Assembly: GCA_964106915.2 (NCBI GenBank)
Contig: OZ066916.1
Length of the DNA stretch: 64,000 bases
From: Podarcis gaigeae
Lineage: Eukaryota
Strand: one strand, 5' to 3'
Notes under the pieces: model-generated
The model's input: the letters and a program-made list of their open reading frames with translations, nothing else
Told to the model about the DNA's origin: nothing
Database searches by the model: none
Program-made: the position numbers and the translations under genes
Shown: piece after piece, positions 1 through 11,916 of the stretch
How the letters are laid out: each line of letters opens with the position of its first letter
Position numbering within the stretch: the first letter of the stretch is position 1

Positions 1-406
1 TTTTCCCTCCAAGAACCACACCATCTGACTGCTTATATGGTGACAGTTTGACAGACTGGAAGCACTTTGCTAGCTGTTTATGTTGCCCTTTAAGAAACTG
101 CAATGTCTCCAGTGGAATTAACTGGCATTACAGGGAGAAGATAGATTGGAAGTCTGAAGTGCCTCCCCTACCTTTTGTGCTCAGTCCAGCAGTGGACTGT
201 TGCCTGCATGCCTAATGCAAGGAGACTCTGAGCATATAATACCACAAGCATGTTGCAATAAAAGATGTGCTGCAATCAGTAATTAGCTGTGCCAGAACAG
301 GCAACACCTGAGCATACTCAGAGTGTCCTGCCAAAAGAAAAGATTTCTCTAGTCACTAAGTTGCCTGCAGGGTACAAGGGAAGGAAACCCCTGGATACAA
401 CACAGA

Positions 407-524
407 GGGTTGTACCTAATATTAGTCATGCTCAGAGTAAACCTACTGAAATTAATAGATGTGGCAAACTCAGGACCACATTAATTACAGTGGATCTACT
501 CTAGATGTTAGTTGGCCACAACCC
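407..524. repeat. Old palindromic interspersed repeat (MITE-like); related copies at ~29495-29604 and ~40612-40713
   Basis: Shared motif ctcagagtaaacc(c/t)actgaaattaat and its reverse complement, with GGGTTGT/ACAACCC-like ends. Confidence 0.55.
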
Positions 525-1993
525 AGAGTGCTTCCTTCCCCAGTGTATACAAAATTGGGAGGCTGAAGCATGGACACAGCCTATGCCTCACTTACTTCTC
601 AGTAAATACGCAGAGGGTCACACTGTCACCCTTTCTTTGCAGTATCCTTGAGGCCCATGCAACATTAGTGGCTTAAAGTACAATGAGGTCATTCACTCCA
701 GCTGCTTTTCAAGTCACATTTACACATTGCTATACACACCAGAGAAGGGGTAGGGATATCTTCAGCCAATGCACATTATCTATTTGGTTTCCTTGCACCT
801 AAACTCATAGTCATGAAGCTGCCATCTGTGCATGTGCTGCCATCCACACGGACTGTCTCAAGTGTATGTGGCTTATGTTTTCCTTTCAGCTGGAAGCTGG
901 TTTGGGAGGAAGTGCACCACACAGCAGCATTTCTCAAGAAACAACAGCATAGATATGGACTGTGGCTAGAGTCATGTGCACACAGCTTCGGACTCCAGCA
1001 GTGGGATTACACCGGAGCCAGAATAAACAGTAATGCGTACACAGCCTTAGCCTTTCCTCTTATGTTTTCTGCATCAATGTCAGAACGCTTTATATGTCCA
1101 CCATTTCATGTGCAGGAAGAGTTCAAATGAGTTCGCCAACTCCTCTTTTCATTTGTTAAACAGGAGGGCTGCTGCTTCAAACGTATCATTTTTCTAAAAA
1201 TAAATTTTGCCCTCAGCTAACTCCACTATGAGCAGCATTAGCTGTGTGTGTTTGGATAGCGGAGAGGGCACTCATAATAATGGTGAGGGATCTTTCAGCT
1301 CGTGACATGGATGTCATGACTGGACCAGGGCTGCACCTTAAGTGATAATTGTAAATGGCAGTGACTACAGAAAAAAGGAAATAAAAGAAAATGACCTTGG
1401 TGGCGTTCTTGTTTTTGTTTTGCTTTGTTTTCTTCCAGCAAGAGTGATAATGCAGCATGCCTCGCTTCTTCTTTAAATGGAGCGTCGTAGCCTAAAATAC
1501 ATTCTCTGTCATATGAATATGCAATGTAAATGTTTTAAGCAGTTGTTGAGCGTTGGCACAGAGCTGGTCACTGGGAAAAGACCAGCTTGAAGTGAAGGGG
1601 GTTGGAAAACATGGCAAGTGCATCAGGAATTATACAACAGGAGGGGAAAGTGTCCACTGATTTTGTTTGGGGTGCTGGGAGCATCATAAATGAGCACACT
1701 TTCCTTGCCTTCAGCCATGCCATTTAGAGGAACAACTACTTTGGCTTTGAGTTCATGACCCTCCTGAACCAACAAACAGACTGATGAGCAGATGGCTATG
1801 CTGAAAGGCACCCTACTTTCTGCATGGGCTGAGCTCACCGCTGGGATAACTCAGGCAGACTGGGGAGAAGGCTCAAAAGGCTGTTCTGCAGACGCTTCCA
1901 AGGGCTGCGCCTTTCCCTGTTCTTTCAGTATGCAAAGTGGCTTTTGTAAAGCTCTCTCTCTTTCTCTCTCACTTCCCATTATTCAGTTACAGA

Positions 1994-2176
1994 TAGGTAG
2001 CCGTGTTGGTCTGCCATAGTCAAAACAAAATAAAAAAATTCCTTCCAGTAGCACCTTAAAGACCAACTAAGTAAGTTCTTGGTATGAGCTTTCGTGTGCA
2101 TGCACACTTCTTCAGATACACCAACTAAGTTAGTTGGTCTTTAAGGTGCTACTGGAAGGAATTTTTTTATTTTGTT
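1994..2176 (-). mobile_element. Penelope-like element (PLE) terminal fragment with inverted partial copy (fold-back), containing a hammerhead ribozyme
   Basis: Arms aaaacaaaataaaaaaattccttccagtagcaccttaaagaccaactaa and its reverse complement. Flanked by direct repeats ttcccattattcagtt(a/c)caga (1973-1993, 2177-2197). Near-identical to the element at 22918-23114. Confidence 0.8.
2082..2119 (-). ncRNA. Minimal type I hammerhead ribozyme motif
   Basis: Minus strand reads GUAU-CUGAAGA-A-GUGUGC-AU-GCACAC-GAAA-GC-UC-AUAC: stem I GUAU/AUAC, CUGANGA and GAAA cores, stem II, palindromic AGCU stem III, UC cleavage site. Confidence 0.8.
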
Positions 2177-3467
2177 TTCCCATTATTCAGTTCCAGAGCT
2201 GTCCCTACTGTTAAGCAGAGTGAAACTGCTGTCCCAGGTGCTGGCAGGCTGGGGGCAGGACCAACTGCTGTTCCTCATGAGTTGTTTCCCTCTGCTGGAG
2301 AACATATTTGTGTGTGGACATGCAGCCTACCCAGTCCACCTTAAAAAAGCCTGGAGCCCTCAGATGTTGAAAATAATAGTCCGATCATATTTTGGGATCA
2401 CCTAGCTTTAGGCAAAAACAAACTGAGGGAAAGGTTATCTGAAGTAAAAAGTGGGGCTGATGTGAGGCGGTTGTGACCATTTAAATTATCTCAGCAGCAT
2501 ATATTTTTTCAAAGGGCCATCCAAAAATCTAGGTATCTGGAAGGAAATTTGAAAACTTGAGGAAAATTTGACATTCTTTCCCTTTCATAGTGTCTTTCTC
2601 AAACTGCATTTACAGATCATAATTCATGCCATGTTGGATGGCATATGCAGACAGGCTCCTGTCACCCAACAGATTTGTGTCTGCAATTTGAATTGGAAGG
2701 GAAATGTTATTATGTACTGAAATGTCTGCTATACGATGGGCCAAGAGAAAAAAAAGCTTGAGAAAGATTTTGTCTAGGTTAACAACTTATTCTGATAGAG
2801 AAATCCTCTGTTTTTTATCAGAAGATTTTCATCCTTTTGTAGCCGATGAAATAGTACTGTATGCTTCAGTTACATGGAAACTCCAAGTGAACAAAATGGA
2901 AAGAACCAGGGCAGGTCATGTAGGGGACTCCTCAGCAGATAACAGATCTTTTTAATTAAGTTTAAATGGAGATTATATTGGGCTGGTTAAAATAACAATA
3001 GTTATATTTCCCCCCCTCTATAGTCATTTATGTAATGTAAATTTTATCTTTATTTTTTTATCTGGAAGTTGTCAAGGCCAAGGGCTACTGCAGCAAAGTT
3101 GACTGCAGACAACAGTTGGTTCTGCAAGTGGAAAAGAGAGGCACTTTTCTATGTCTGAGGCAACGAAATGTTGGACTGCTAGGTGTTTAGCTGAATGAAG
3201 TGGTAGAATCCTGAAGTGGTAGAATGAATCATATCAGTTCAGGAAGATCAGGCTGCAGGTGCCATTTCTGTCAAAAGTAAAGTAAGTTTAATGGCTGCCA
3301 TTGGGGTGTGGCATAACACAAAATGGCTGCCATGAAGGCATGTCAGAAAGGCTGAGCCAGTGTAAACAGAAGTTGAGCAAGAAAACCAAACAGTCTCTCA
3401 TGCATTGTGGTTTTTTGAGGGGATATTTGGTGAGTCCTTTTGCAGGTGCCATAGGAGGCACTAGACA

Positions 3468-3605
3468 CAGCAGTTCTCAACCTGTGGGTCCCAAGATGTT
3501 GTTGAACTACAACTCCCATCATCCCTGAGCTCTGGCCTTGCTAGCTAGGGGTGATGGGAGTTGTAGTTCAACAACATCTGGGGACCCACAGGTTGAGAAA
3601 GGCTG
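3468..3605. mobile_element. Palindromic hAT-type MITE (~138 bp hairpin)
   Basis: Arms ttctcaacctgtgggtccc.agatgttgttgaactacaactcccatca and its reverse complement; CAG...CTG ends; flanked by CACTAGA(C/G). Confidence 0.85.
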
Positions 3606-6600
3606 CACTAGAGGGAACAAGAGCACCCACGGGCACTGTGTTGACAACCCCTGAAGACATTTTACACACATATATGCATACATATATTCATCTGAGACTT
3701 TTATTTTTATCTGAAGCTTCAGACTGCAATATCCTTTTTGATAGAAAGATTTGTTTTTAACAGCTGTGTGACATAAATCAAATAGGTGCAGATTTTTCTG
3801 GCATGAAAATGTCATGATGGGAAATTTGCACTGTTGCTATGCATTTCATGAAACTGTTGAAGGTGTTGTGTGTCAATCAGGAAATAAATACACCCATGAT
3901 ACATCTGGTGTAAGAAATCTGATGGAACAGAAGTGTACTAAACAGCAGTGTTAAAACTTAGAATAAAAACAGTGGCAATCAACACAACCACAGTTGGTGG
4001 CACAAAGGAGTGAAAAAAAGATGTTGCTCCTTAGCTCAGCAACTCCCTTTTTAGGGGTACACCAAAATTTATATGCAGATCCTTAAAATGAATCACAATG
4101 CTAACTTTTCAGCAGGCATTAATGGCTAGAAATAGGAATGTGGTCTTAATGCATGTAGCTTTAGTGTATATTGCCTGTCCTGAGCCTTAAAAAAGGGATC
4201 TTCAGGTACAGAAATCAATGGTTGGCTTACTTTTTGAGTTTCATTGAGGTAGAGATCACAAGGCTTAGAGACATGTATTATTTGTAGACCATTTGAGCTA
4301 GGCATGAACTCACCTGAACCTTACTGCATTTCCTAAAATGGAACTGCACATTCAGAATCTACATGTTTGCTAAGAGCAGAATGTCTATTAATTTGCTCAT
4401 TTGGCAAAGCTGTAAGTATAGGACCACAGGAACAGCTGACACATAATCTTCCTAAAAATATGCAAATGCATACTTTGTATCAAGCGGGGGAACAAGCTGA
4501 AAGCCTGAAGCCTAGGTTAAACCACATTCTGGTTCTCCATGAGCCCTTTTCAGGTGTCAGCCTAAAGATGTGTCAATGGAGGAGCAGGACTGTACATTCT
4601 AGCCCTGCCTCCAGTATCTCTTCCCCTGCCAGGTGTAGCCTCAGAACTTTGCCCATTGGGTAGAAGGACTGAGCATTCTTTTCATGTTCTACTGAATGCA
4701 TTTAGAAGACTCCCCGTGACTGGGAATGCCAACCAAACTTAGATTCCTCCATATTTTCATTCTCATTGCAGAGAGCTTGCGAGTGGAACTGGTAGGGCTG
4801 GTGGATAGAGAGGGGTATGTGAGTCTGTGTATAAACTAGCCTCTTTACAAAGGTAAACATTTGCTTTGGTTGCTCCACCCACTTTTGCTTCTGGTCCCAC
4901 CCACCACTGTCAGGTGGTTCATTAAGGAATGTGGTCTTAAGGCTGAAGAGGGTACTCCACTTCTGTTCTACAGAATATTGTAACATTGATGATTGTGCAC
5001 AAATGCTTATTATAAAATAAACATCCAAATTAGTTGTTATTATCTGTGAGAAATAATAGGCACATCCCTCTGAATCATTCCTGGATCATAAAATCCCTTT
5101 TAAATTGATGGGACTTTAAAACAGACAACTGTGTCTGATTGCAAACAAGGTAGCAGGTCCCTACAAGGATCAAATTCATTCGTACCAGGAATATTGTGTA
5201 AGGAACATTTTAATAGATTCATGTGCTCCCATTCCTAGATAATTATCTTCCAAAGTGTGTGACACAAAGAATGATTACTTTCTTTTCACCCTAAACCATA
5301 ATGACCATGTATGCCAGCCCATGCCCAAAGCACCAGATAATTGGGAAATTAAATATAATTAGCAAACATACTTGAAAGAAAGAAATGCAGTGTGGAAATT
5401 GAAATGAACTTGAGGCTAGGATTAAAGGTGACCTAGAGAAATCTATTGCTCTCGTACATTTTCTCTCCCCCCCCCCCCCTATGATTTATTCTCACTGTTG
5501 GCCCATTATCTCAGCTAAAGTATTTTGGCAGGGCTCCATCCAAGCCGAACAAACAAAATGGCAGCAAAGGGTTTTCTTTTCTGTGTCTATAATATTAGTG
5601 TGTCTCTAATGTCACCATAACTTTTTACTAGCAAAGCACATCAGAACTTTAAAAGTAAGAGACTAGATTCATTATTTTTAAAGTTCTGAAGTATGCAGCT
5701 TGCATACAACCTGCATTCTCACATGCAACTCTGATATTCCCTTTAGGATCTTTTTCACACTGAGGCTTGAATGCACTCCAAAATATGGCATCCCTGGGGT
5801 TAACAATGACAAGATAGATCAAAGTGTTGTTCTGTATATAAAAAGAAGTATTAGTTTATTAATTAAAGATGCTGAAACAAAGACAACTGGCACACCAACA
5901 TGTGACTTCAGAGATTCTCCTAAATAAGCCTAGCCACTTATTACCCAAAGATATAGCCAGAACGAACACATGACATAATCAGAAATCCTGCATTTCAAAA
6001 GCATTTTGTAGGCTGCCCCCTTCCTTGCCAGATGTCAAATGCAATGGGTATATAGGGGGTGGAGAGCAGATGGAATTAGTGCAACGTATTGCTGACCTAT
6101 ATATTGGGTGCTAAGTTGGTCATTCTAATGTAAAAAGGAGCAGTGAAAGAAAATGTTGGCACACAAAATAGACTTGGAGGAATCACTGCAATGGCACTCA
6201 GTTAAATAGTAACAGTAATGGAAGAGATCATATTAAGGCAATGGTATTAATATGATGGCATTACCTTGTAGGTGGCAGTGAAGGTAGAAGACATCTAGCC
6301 CTCCACAGGTCATCCTTTCCCAAAATTTATAATATTGATAACACCACAGGTTGGGCAGATTGTCTCCTTCAACTTAAACAGTGACTCTTTTTAGAATGAG
6401 GTACGGAGAACAGCATGCAGCCCTTGTAAAAATCAATCACTGCATTCAATGGGATGCACAGTTCTTGGGAATATCTCCACTACTGGTAGCATCCCTTGTG
6501 CAATGCATTGTGCATCGTGTCATTTCCTAGTGTAAGGGAGTGGCAAAGTGATTACTCAAATTATTTAATCTTTCCAGTTCTCTGATGTGGTTTTGTTTCT

Positions 6601-9600
6601 TTCAAGCTTTAGAGTCTTGGGGGAAATATATTACCTTTGCCTAAGATAGCCGCTGATGAAAAGAGCCCACAGGGTAATTATATAGTTTAGCCTCTTGGTG
6701 ACATGGGGCTTAGCTTTATTCTGAATACAGTAAAGGCTATCCGGTCAATTGTTACATTCCTAAGAGGGACAATGGCGTTCTCATGTGGTTTCCTTATAGG
6801 TGTGCCCTCTAAGCCTATGAAAGGCTATATCATAGAGGCACCAGCCTTTTAGGGGTTTGTGGGCACATTTGGAATTTTGAGAGTATAATAGGCACTATCC
6901 TCTCCTTTTCTGACACTCTTTCCCCCACTCCTCCCAACAGTGAGAAAGAGAGAAAGTGCATGAGCACACATGCACACTCACATTCTTTGCTATTCCATGG
7001 CAGACAATCTACTAGAATTAAAATGCATCATCTTGAATCTGCATGATTTTATACAGGGTCAATCCCCCAAACACCATCAAATTAAAGTTTACAGTGTTGG
7101 GAGGGCACAGTAGAATAATAGATGTGGTACTTGCCAGCACCACAACAGATCTTCATGGATCTTCACATTTTTCACATAGGATGAAAAAGAAAACAACAAA
7201 TCACAGAATGCATCACTGACCTATGCTCTGATATCGATCATTTTGAGGGGATCCCTTGTAATAATAATAAGAAGAAGATGAAGAAGAAGAAGAGGAGGAG
7301 AATTCAGAGAATAGCAACATGTGCCAACATGTTTTTGCACTATAGCACTGTGGAAAGCACAAAATCAGTGATTGTTTGGGTTTAGCCAATGGAGACAGGT
7401 GTGATCTGTCATTTGATAGTGATGGTGGTAATGAAAAAGCTATGCAATTTGAAGCGGATCTGCTTTATTGGTTCTATCTTACGCTTATGTACTTTCACTT
7501 TTTCTCTCTTTGGTGCTCTCTCCCTCTCTCCCCCTTGCTTCTCCCCTTTGGTCACCTCATTTCCTTCTCCCTAAGGCTCCTAGATTGCAGTCAGTCCATC
7601 TCCTGCTCTGACTCTTGAAAAGCACAAAAAATTCTTAACGGCATCAATTATTTCTAAATTAACTTTGCATCTGTGCATAGAAGTTAGCATATGCATATTC
7701 TGTGGTTGTCTTTGCCCTCACCTGTTCTGTTGAATAATTTCTTCTTCCCTGGTGAGGCACAAGTGGCACCTTTGTCCTCTTACCTTAAGGACTCCACTGT
7801 GGGAGACCTTGGAAGACCTGAGCCTTCCTGGCTTCATTGCAGTCGCAGATAACTAGAGAAGGGCAGGAGCCTTTAAGGGGAGCATCATCTTGCAGCACAT
7901 ATGGTGCTGATAGTTAGGGTGCGCTTGGTGCTTCTGCTATGAAAGGGTTCTATCTCAGCTTCTTCCTTGCTGGAACAACTTCACAGCTCTGTATTTCCTC
8001 AAAGCCTTGACCTGTATCTAGCCTGAACTCTGCCTTCTCTTGTGCCCAGCCTGAACTTCACCTTGATGTATACCCTGGCTGAGCATTAACACACCACAAA
8101 GCAGGAAAATGAACCTCCTTCAGAATGGATCATCACACATAATAGGGGTTTTAACCATTCATCATTTCAGGCATATTGTAAACAAATATTGAAAGAATGC
8201 AGTGATTTAGATTGCAATAGAGTAGTCAGTGATTTATCCTCTTCTGTATTATTAAAAGGGTGGTGATTATTATTGCTGATGGTAATGAAACAAGGGAAAT
8301 AAAGCATCAGAGTATACAGAAATCCAGGAACTGAACAAGAGACCTTTTGCCGAAGGTTCACACAGACCATCCCAGATGCTCTTGTTCCTTGTTTCTTCCT
8401 CTATTTTAATATAGCATTTTACTTTGAAATAAAGCCAAAACTACATGTAAGGGGGGGAGGGAACTTTTGCATAACTGTACTACAAGATTGCTAAGTGAAA
8501 GAAAAATGGAAAAATCAGACTGTTGCATGTTGCGTGCCACTCAATTTCTGATCAGCGAAAGACTTCATGGGTTCTAGCACTTACCTTGGGTTTCGTTTCC
8601 TTGCAATGAAGACCATGGGAGACTGTGGCATCTTTATGATACAAAGTTTTATTTACACCTCTATGCAATTGAGCATAAGATGGAAGGGCTAACAGCATTA
8701 ACACTTTAACAGATTTTGCTTCCCTATTAGATTCCCAGGGGAATCCTTAAAGCCATAGTTTTGGATACAGCACACAGAGCAAGCCATGCCTCTCAGTCTC
8801 CTGTAAGGATCAGATGGAGTTAATTTGTTGTCACAATCTAGATCTTGCCATTCCTTTCCTTACATCTGATATCCATAATAATTAAAGCTGGACATCACAT
8901 ACCTATGTAATTATTACTATTCCAGTGCTTCGGAGAACCCTTTTGAGTAGCCATCATCCAAAAATATTTTTCCCAATGGATAAATCAGTGTTAATTTAAA
9001 CACTGCAGTTGTTAACCTTGTGATGCTGGTGATATAGGGGTTATTTAGAAAACCCTAAAATTTCTACTTGAATCTTTTCACCATTTCCCATGTTGTAATG
9101 AGCAACATTCCAGTTATGTATTGTCAGCAGACCACATCTGGCTTCAACATTTATCCTAAGAAAAGGTTCCCTAATTAGTCACCGGGTTTTTTTTGCTTCA
9201 GGACAGGTAAGTAATTGCAACACAATAACTTCTATCTTCCCGTTTTAATAATAAATGAAGAAACTTGGATGAAAATTATAATTACATTAGCATTCCCATA
9301 AGTGATATCTCTCCACCTCAAACATTGAAAATGATTAAGGACTAGATCATATTGTCTGGCTTCTCTTCTCAGTTATATTATTTGCATCCTGACCTTAGCA
9401 GTAGTTTTGTTTCAGCCACAATCTACTCTTTGGGTTAGCATGGTCACATTACAATCTATCTTAAATGAAAAGCAAAGCATATCTATATCTCTCTATTTGT
9501 AAATCTGCATACATGAAGCAAATACATCAAATTGAAATGAGGGCAAAAATCATCATTACAGTTTACCTGTTATATACAAAGCATATCATAACCTCATTAA

Positions 9601-10344
9601 CACCTCTTGGCTACTTTGGAAGAGAGCAATGAATGACCAAATTCAAGTACAGAGAATTCTTCCAACATAGAAAGCTTTGCTAAGGTTGTTGACATTTTTC
9701 CCATACTTTACATAAATAAATGACTTTCAGGTCTAATATTTCCTAAATTTGCATTGCAGCAATTCACAAAAATTGTCCACCTCTCAACAAATGTTGTGTT
9801 GTAAAGCACACCATTCCTCTTTAAATTGTCTTGCTTTAAAGGACAAGTGAGCGCTGTTTCTTGAGTCCTATGGACCACACAGCCATGCCACAGGTATAGC
9901 ACCAGGAGGGAGGCCACATAATGAAGGGGTATCCATCTTCATGCCTTTGAAGAGTGTCTAGTGGTCCTGCAAAAAGGGCAGAGCACAGGAGAGTTGGACT
10001 GGAAACAGATGCCCAAAAGAACACAGTCCCCCTTCAGGCCTAACTAAGAGCTACCTGTGGCACTGAACCACCAGCCTTCACTGCTGCCTTGTGGGCTCCT
10101 TGTTGGGTCCAAGGCAGCCCAGTTCCCCATTCCTCCCCACTTTGAGAAAATGCCCCCTCTCATCCATGCCAGCTCAGGACAAGATGAATAGACAGCTTTG
10201 CGTATTATTACAGAAGAAAGCTTCTAATGCCGTTTCCATCTCGCTGCCTAAATGTAGCACTCTAATCAGCTAATGGGGACAGGCGCACAATCATTTAATT
10301 ATCATTAAGAATTAATATCTGCTCATAGATGTAGACTGTCAGTT

Positions 10345-10770
10345 CCCATGGCTTTGTATAAATCTGTGGTGTAACAGCATCTGAAATATTCTGGACACTT
10401 CTGGTTGGCCCATTTCAAAAAGTATGTTGCAGAGTTGCGAAGAAAAGAGCAAAGGAAATCTTACCCATGAGTATAGCTTAGAGTGCTCTGGCTTTGTGAG
10501 TTTAGAAAAATAAGGATTCACAGGGTGGGAGAGTGAAGGGGTTTGCACAATTATGCATGATATATGAAGAAAGGAGAGGAAGAGCCTTTTTGTTTGGCTC
10601 TCATGAAATGAAATTGATGATCACTAGCTTTGGGACAAACTAAAGAAAGTGCATCTATACACATCTATAGATAACTTGTGGAATTCACTGCCACAAGATA
10701 TACTGATGGCCAGTACACAGCTTTAAAGGATGGGTTTAAAAAGGGATTCGACAAATTATTAGAGGGGTTT
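10345..10770 (+). mobile_element. Old, degraded CR1 LINE 3' fragment
   Basis: Decayed translation LYKSVV*QHLKYSGHFWLAHFKK resembles CR1 LYKxLVRPHLEYCVQFWSPHxKK; tggaattcactgccacaaga...tttaaaaagggattcgacaaatt resembles the end of CR1 ORF2. Confidence 0.6.
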
Positions 10771-10799
10771 GTCTGTCATCTGCACTTAGACATAATATA

Positions 10800-11041
10800 C
10801 AGTGGTACCTCGGGTTACAAACATCTCAGGTTACAAACACTTCAGATTACAGACTCCGCTAACCCGGAAGTAGTACCTTGGGTTAAGAACTTTGCCTCAG
10901 GATGAGAACAGAAATCATGCAGTGGCAGCACAGCAGCAGCGGGAGGCCCCACTAGCCAAAGTGGCACCTCAGGTTAAGAACAGTTTCAGGTTAAGAACGG
11001 ACCTCTGGAACAAATTAAGTTTGTAACCAGAGGTACCACTG
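10800..11041 (+). mobile_element. Tc1/mariner-pogo (Tigger-like) MITE
   Basis: TIRs CAGTGGTACCTC(G/T)GGTTACAAAC, TA target duplication on both sides; second copy at 58068-58292. Confidence 0.9.
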
Positions 11042-11109
11042 TATATAAGAAGAACCTCTGTGAAGTGACTCTCGGGGTGGCACAGAACTGCTACAATAGC
11101 TTCCCAGTA

Positions 11110-11112
<3 letters not shown>

Positions 11113-11151
<39 letters not shown>
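11113..11151. repeat. (GA)n microsatellite
   Basis: Direct reading. Confidence 0.98.
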
Positions 11152-11153
<2 letters not shown>

Positions 11154-11552
11154 GCAGAAGGGTTACTTCTATACTTCTGTAGAAGGGTTACTTCTATAGG
11201 CTGCAGTTCCTCAATTTGTCAAAGTACTTTATCTAACTGCCTTTCCCATGGAGTGAGTTTCACCAGCAATTCTTCCAGGGCTGACAATCCCTTCTGCCTT
11301 TTGGCATGGATGCCTCACCCCTGCCCTCCTCATCCTCTGGTGAACCCTATGGCTGATGATGTGGGCACACACACCCCACTGCTGCTGGGGGGGGCAGGTA
11401 TCCACAGGACAGGAAAGCTTGTCCACATCACAGGCATGGCAAGGGTGTAACATGTCTGAGTAGGAGATGTGGTGGTGAACAATGCACTCCTCGGGCCCAG
11501 ATCTGCCACCTGAGGTGACCTCCTCATCTCGCCTCATGGGCAGGCTGGCCTT

Positions 11553-11916
11553 AAAGGTAAAGGTAAAGGTACCCCTGCCCATACGGGCCAGTCTTGCCAG
11601 ACTCTGGGGTTGTGCGCCCATCTCACTCAAGAGGCCAGGGGCCAGCGCTGTCCGGAGACACTTCCGGGTCACGTGGCCAGCGTGACATCGCTGCTCTGGC
11701 GAGCCAGAGCCACACACGGAAACGCCGTTTACCTTCCCACTAGAAAGCTGTCCCTATTTATCTACTTGCACCTGGAGGTGCTTTCGAACTGCTAGGTTGG
11801 CAGGCGCTGGGACCGAGCAGCGGGAGCGCACCCCGCCGCAGGGATTCGAACCGCCGACCTTTTGATCAGCAAGTCCTAGGCGCTGAGGCTTTAACCCACA
11901 GCGCCACCTGCGTCCC
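11553..11916 (-). mobile_element. Sauria SINE (tRNA-derived), young, full length
   Basis: (ACCTTT)n tail, B-box GGTTCGAATCC on the minus strand, many CpGs retained, 11-bp TSD AGGCTGGCCTT (11542-11552, 11919-11929). Confidence 0.9.

Noticed and set aside
8520-8800. Possible solo-LTR-like segments (also ~26060-26450 and ~49150-50050)
   Set aside because: No paired copy, TG...CA boundaries with TSD, PBS or PPT could be established
11229-11795. ORFs of 61-162 aa here and similar ORFs at 24513-24817, 30847-31296 and 53829-54059
   Set aside because: They overlap Sauria SINE copies, and their mutual similarity reflects the repeat rather than a protein family
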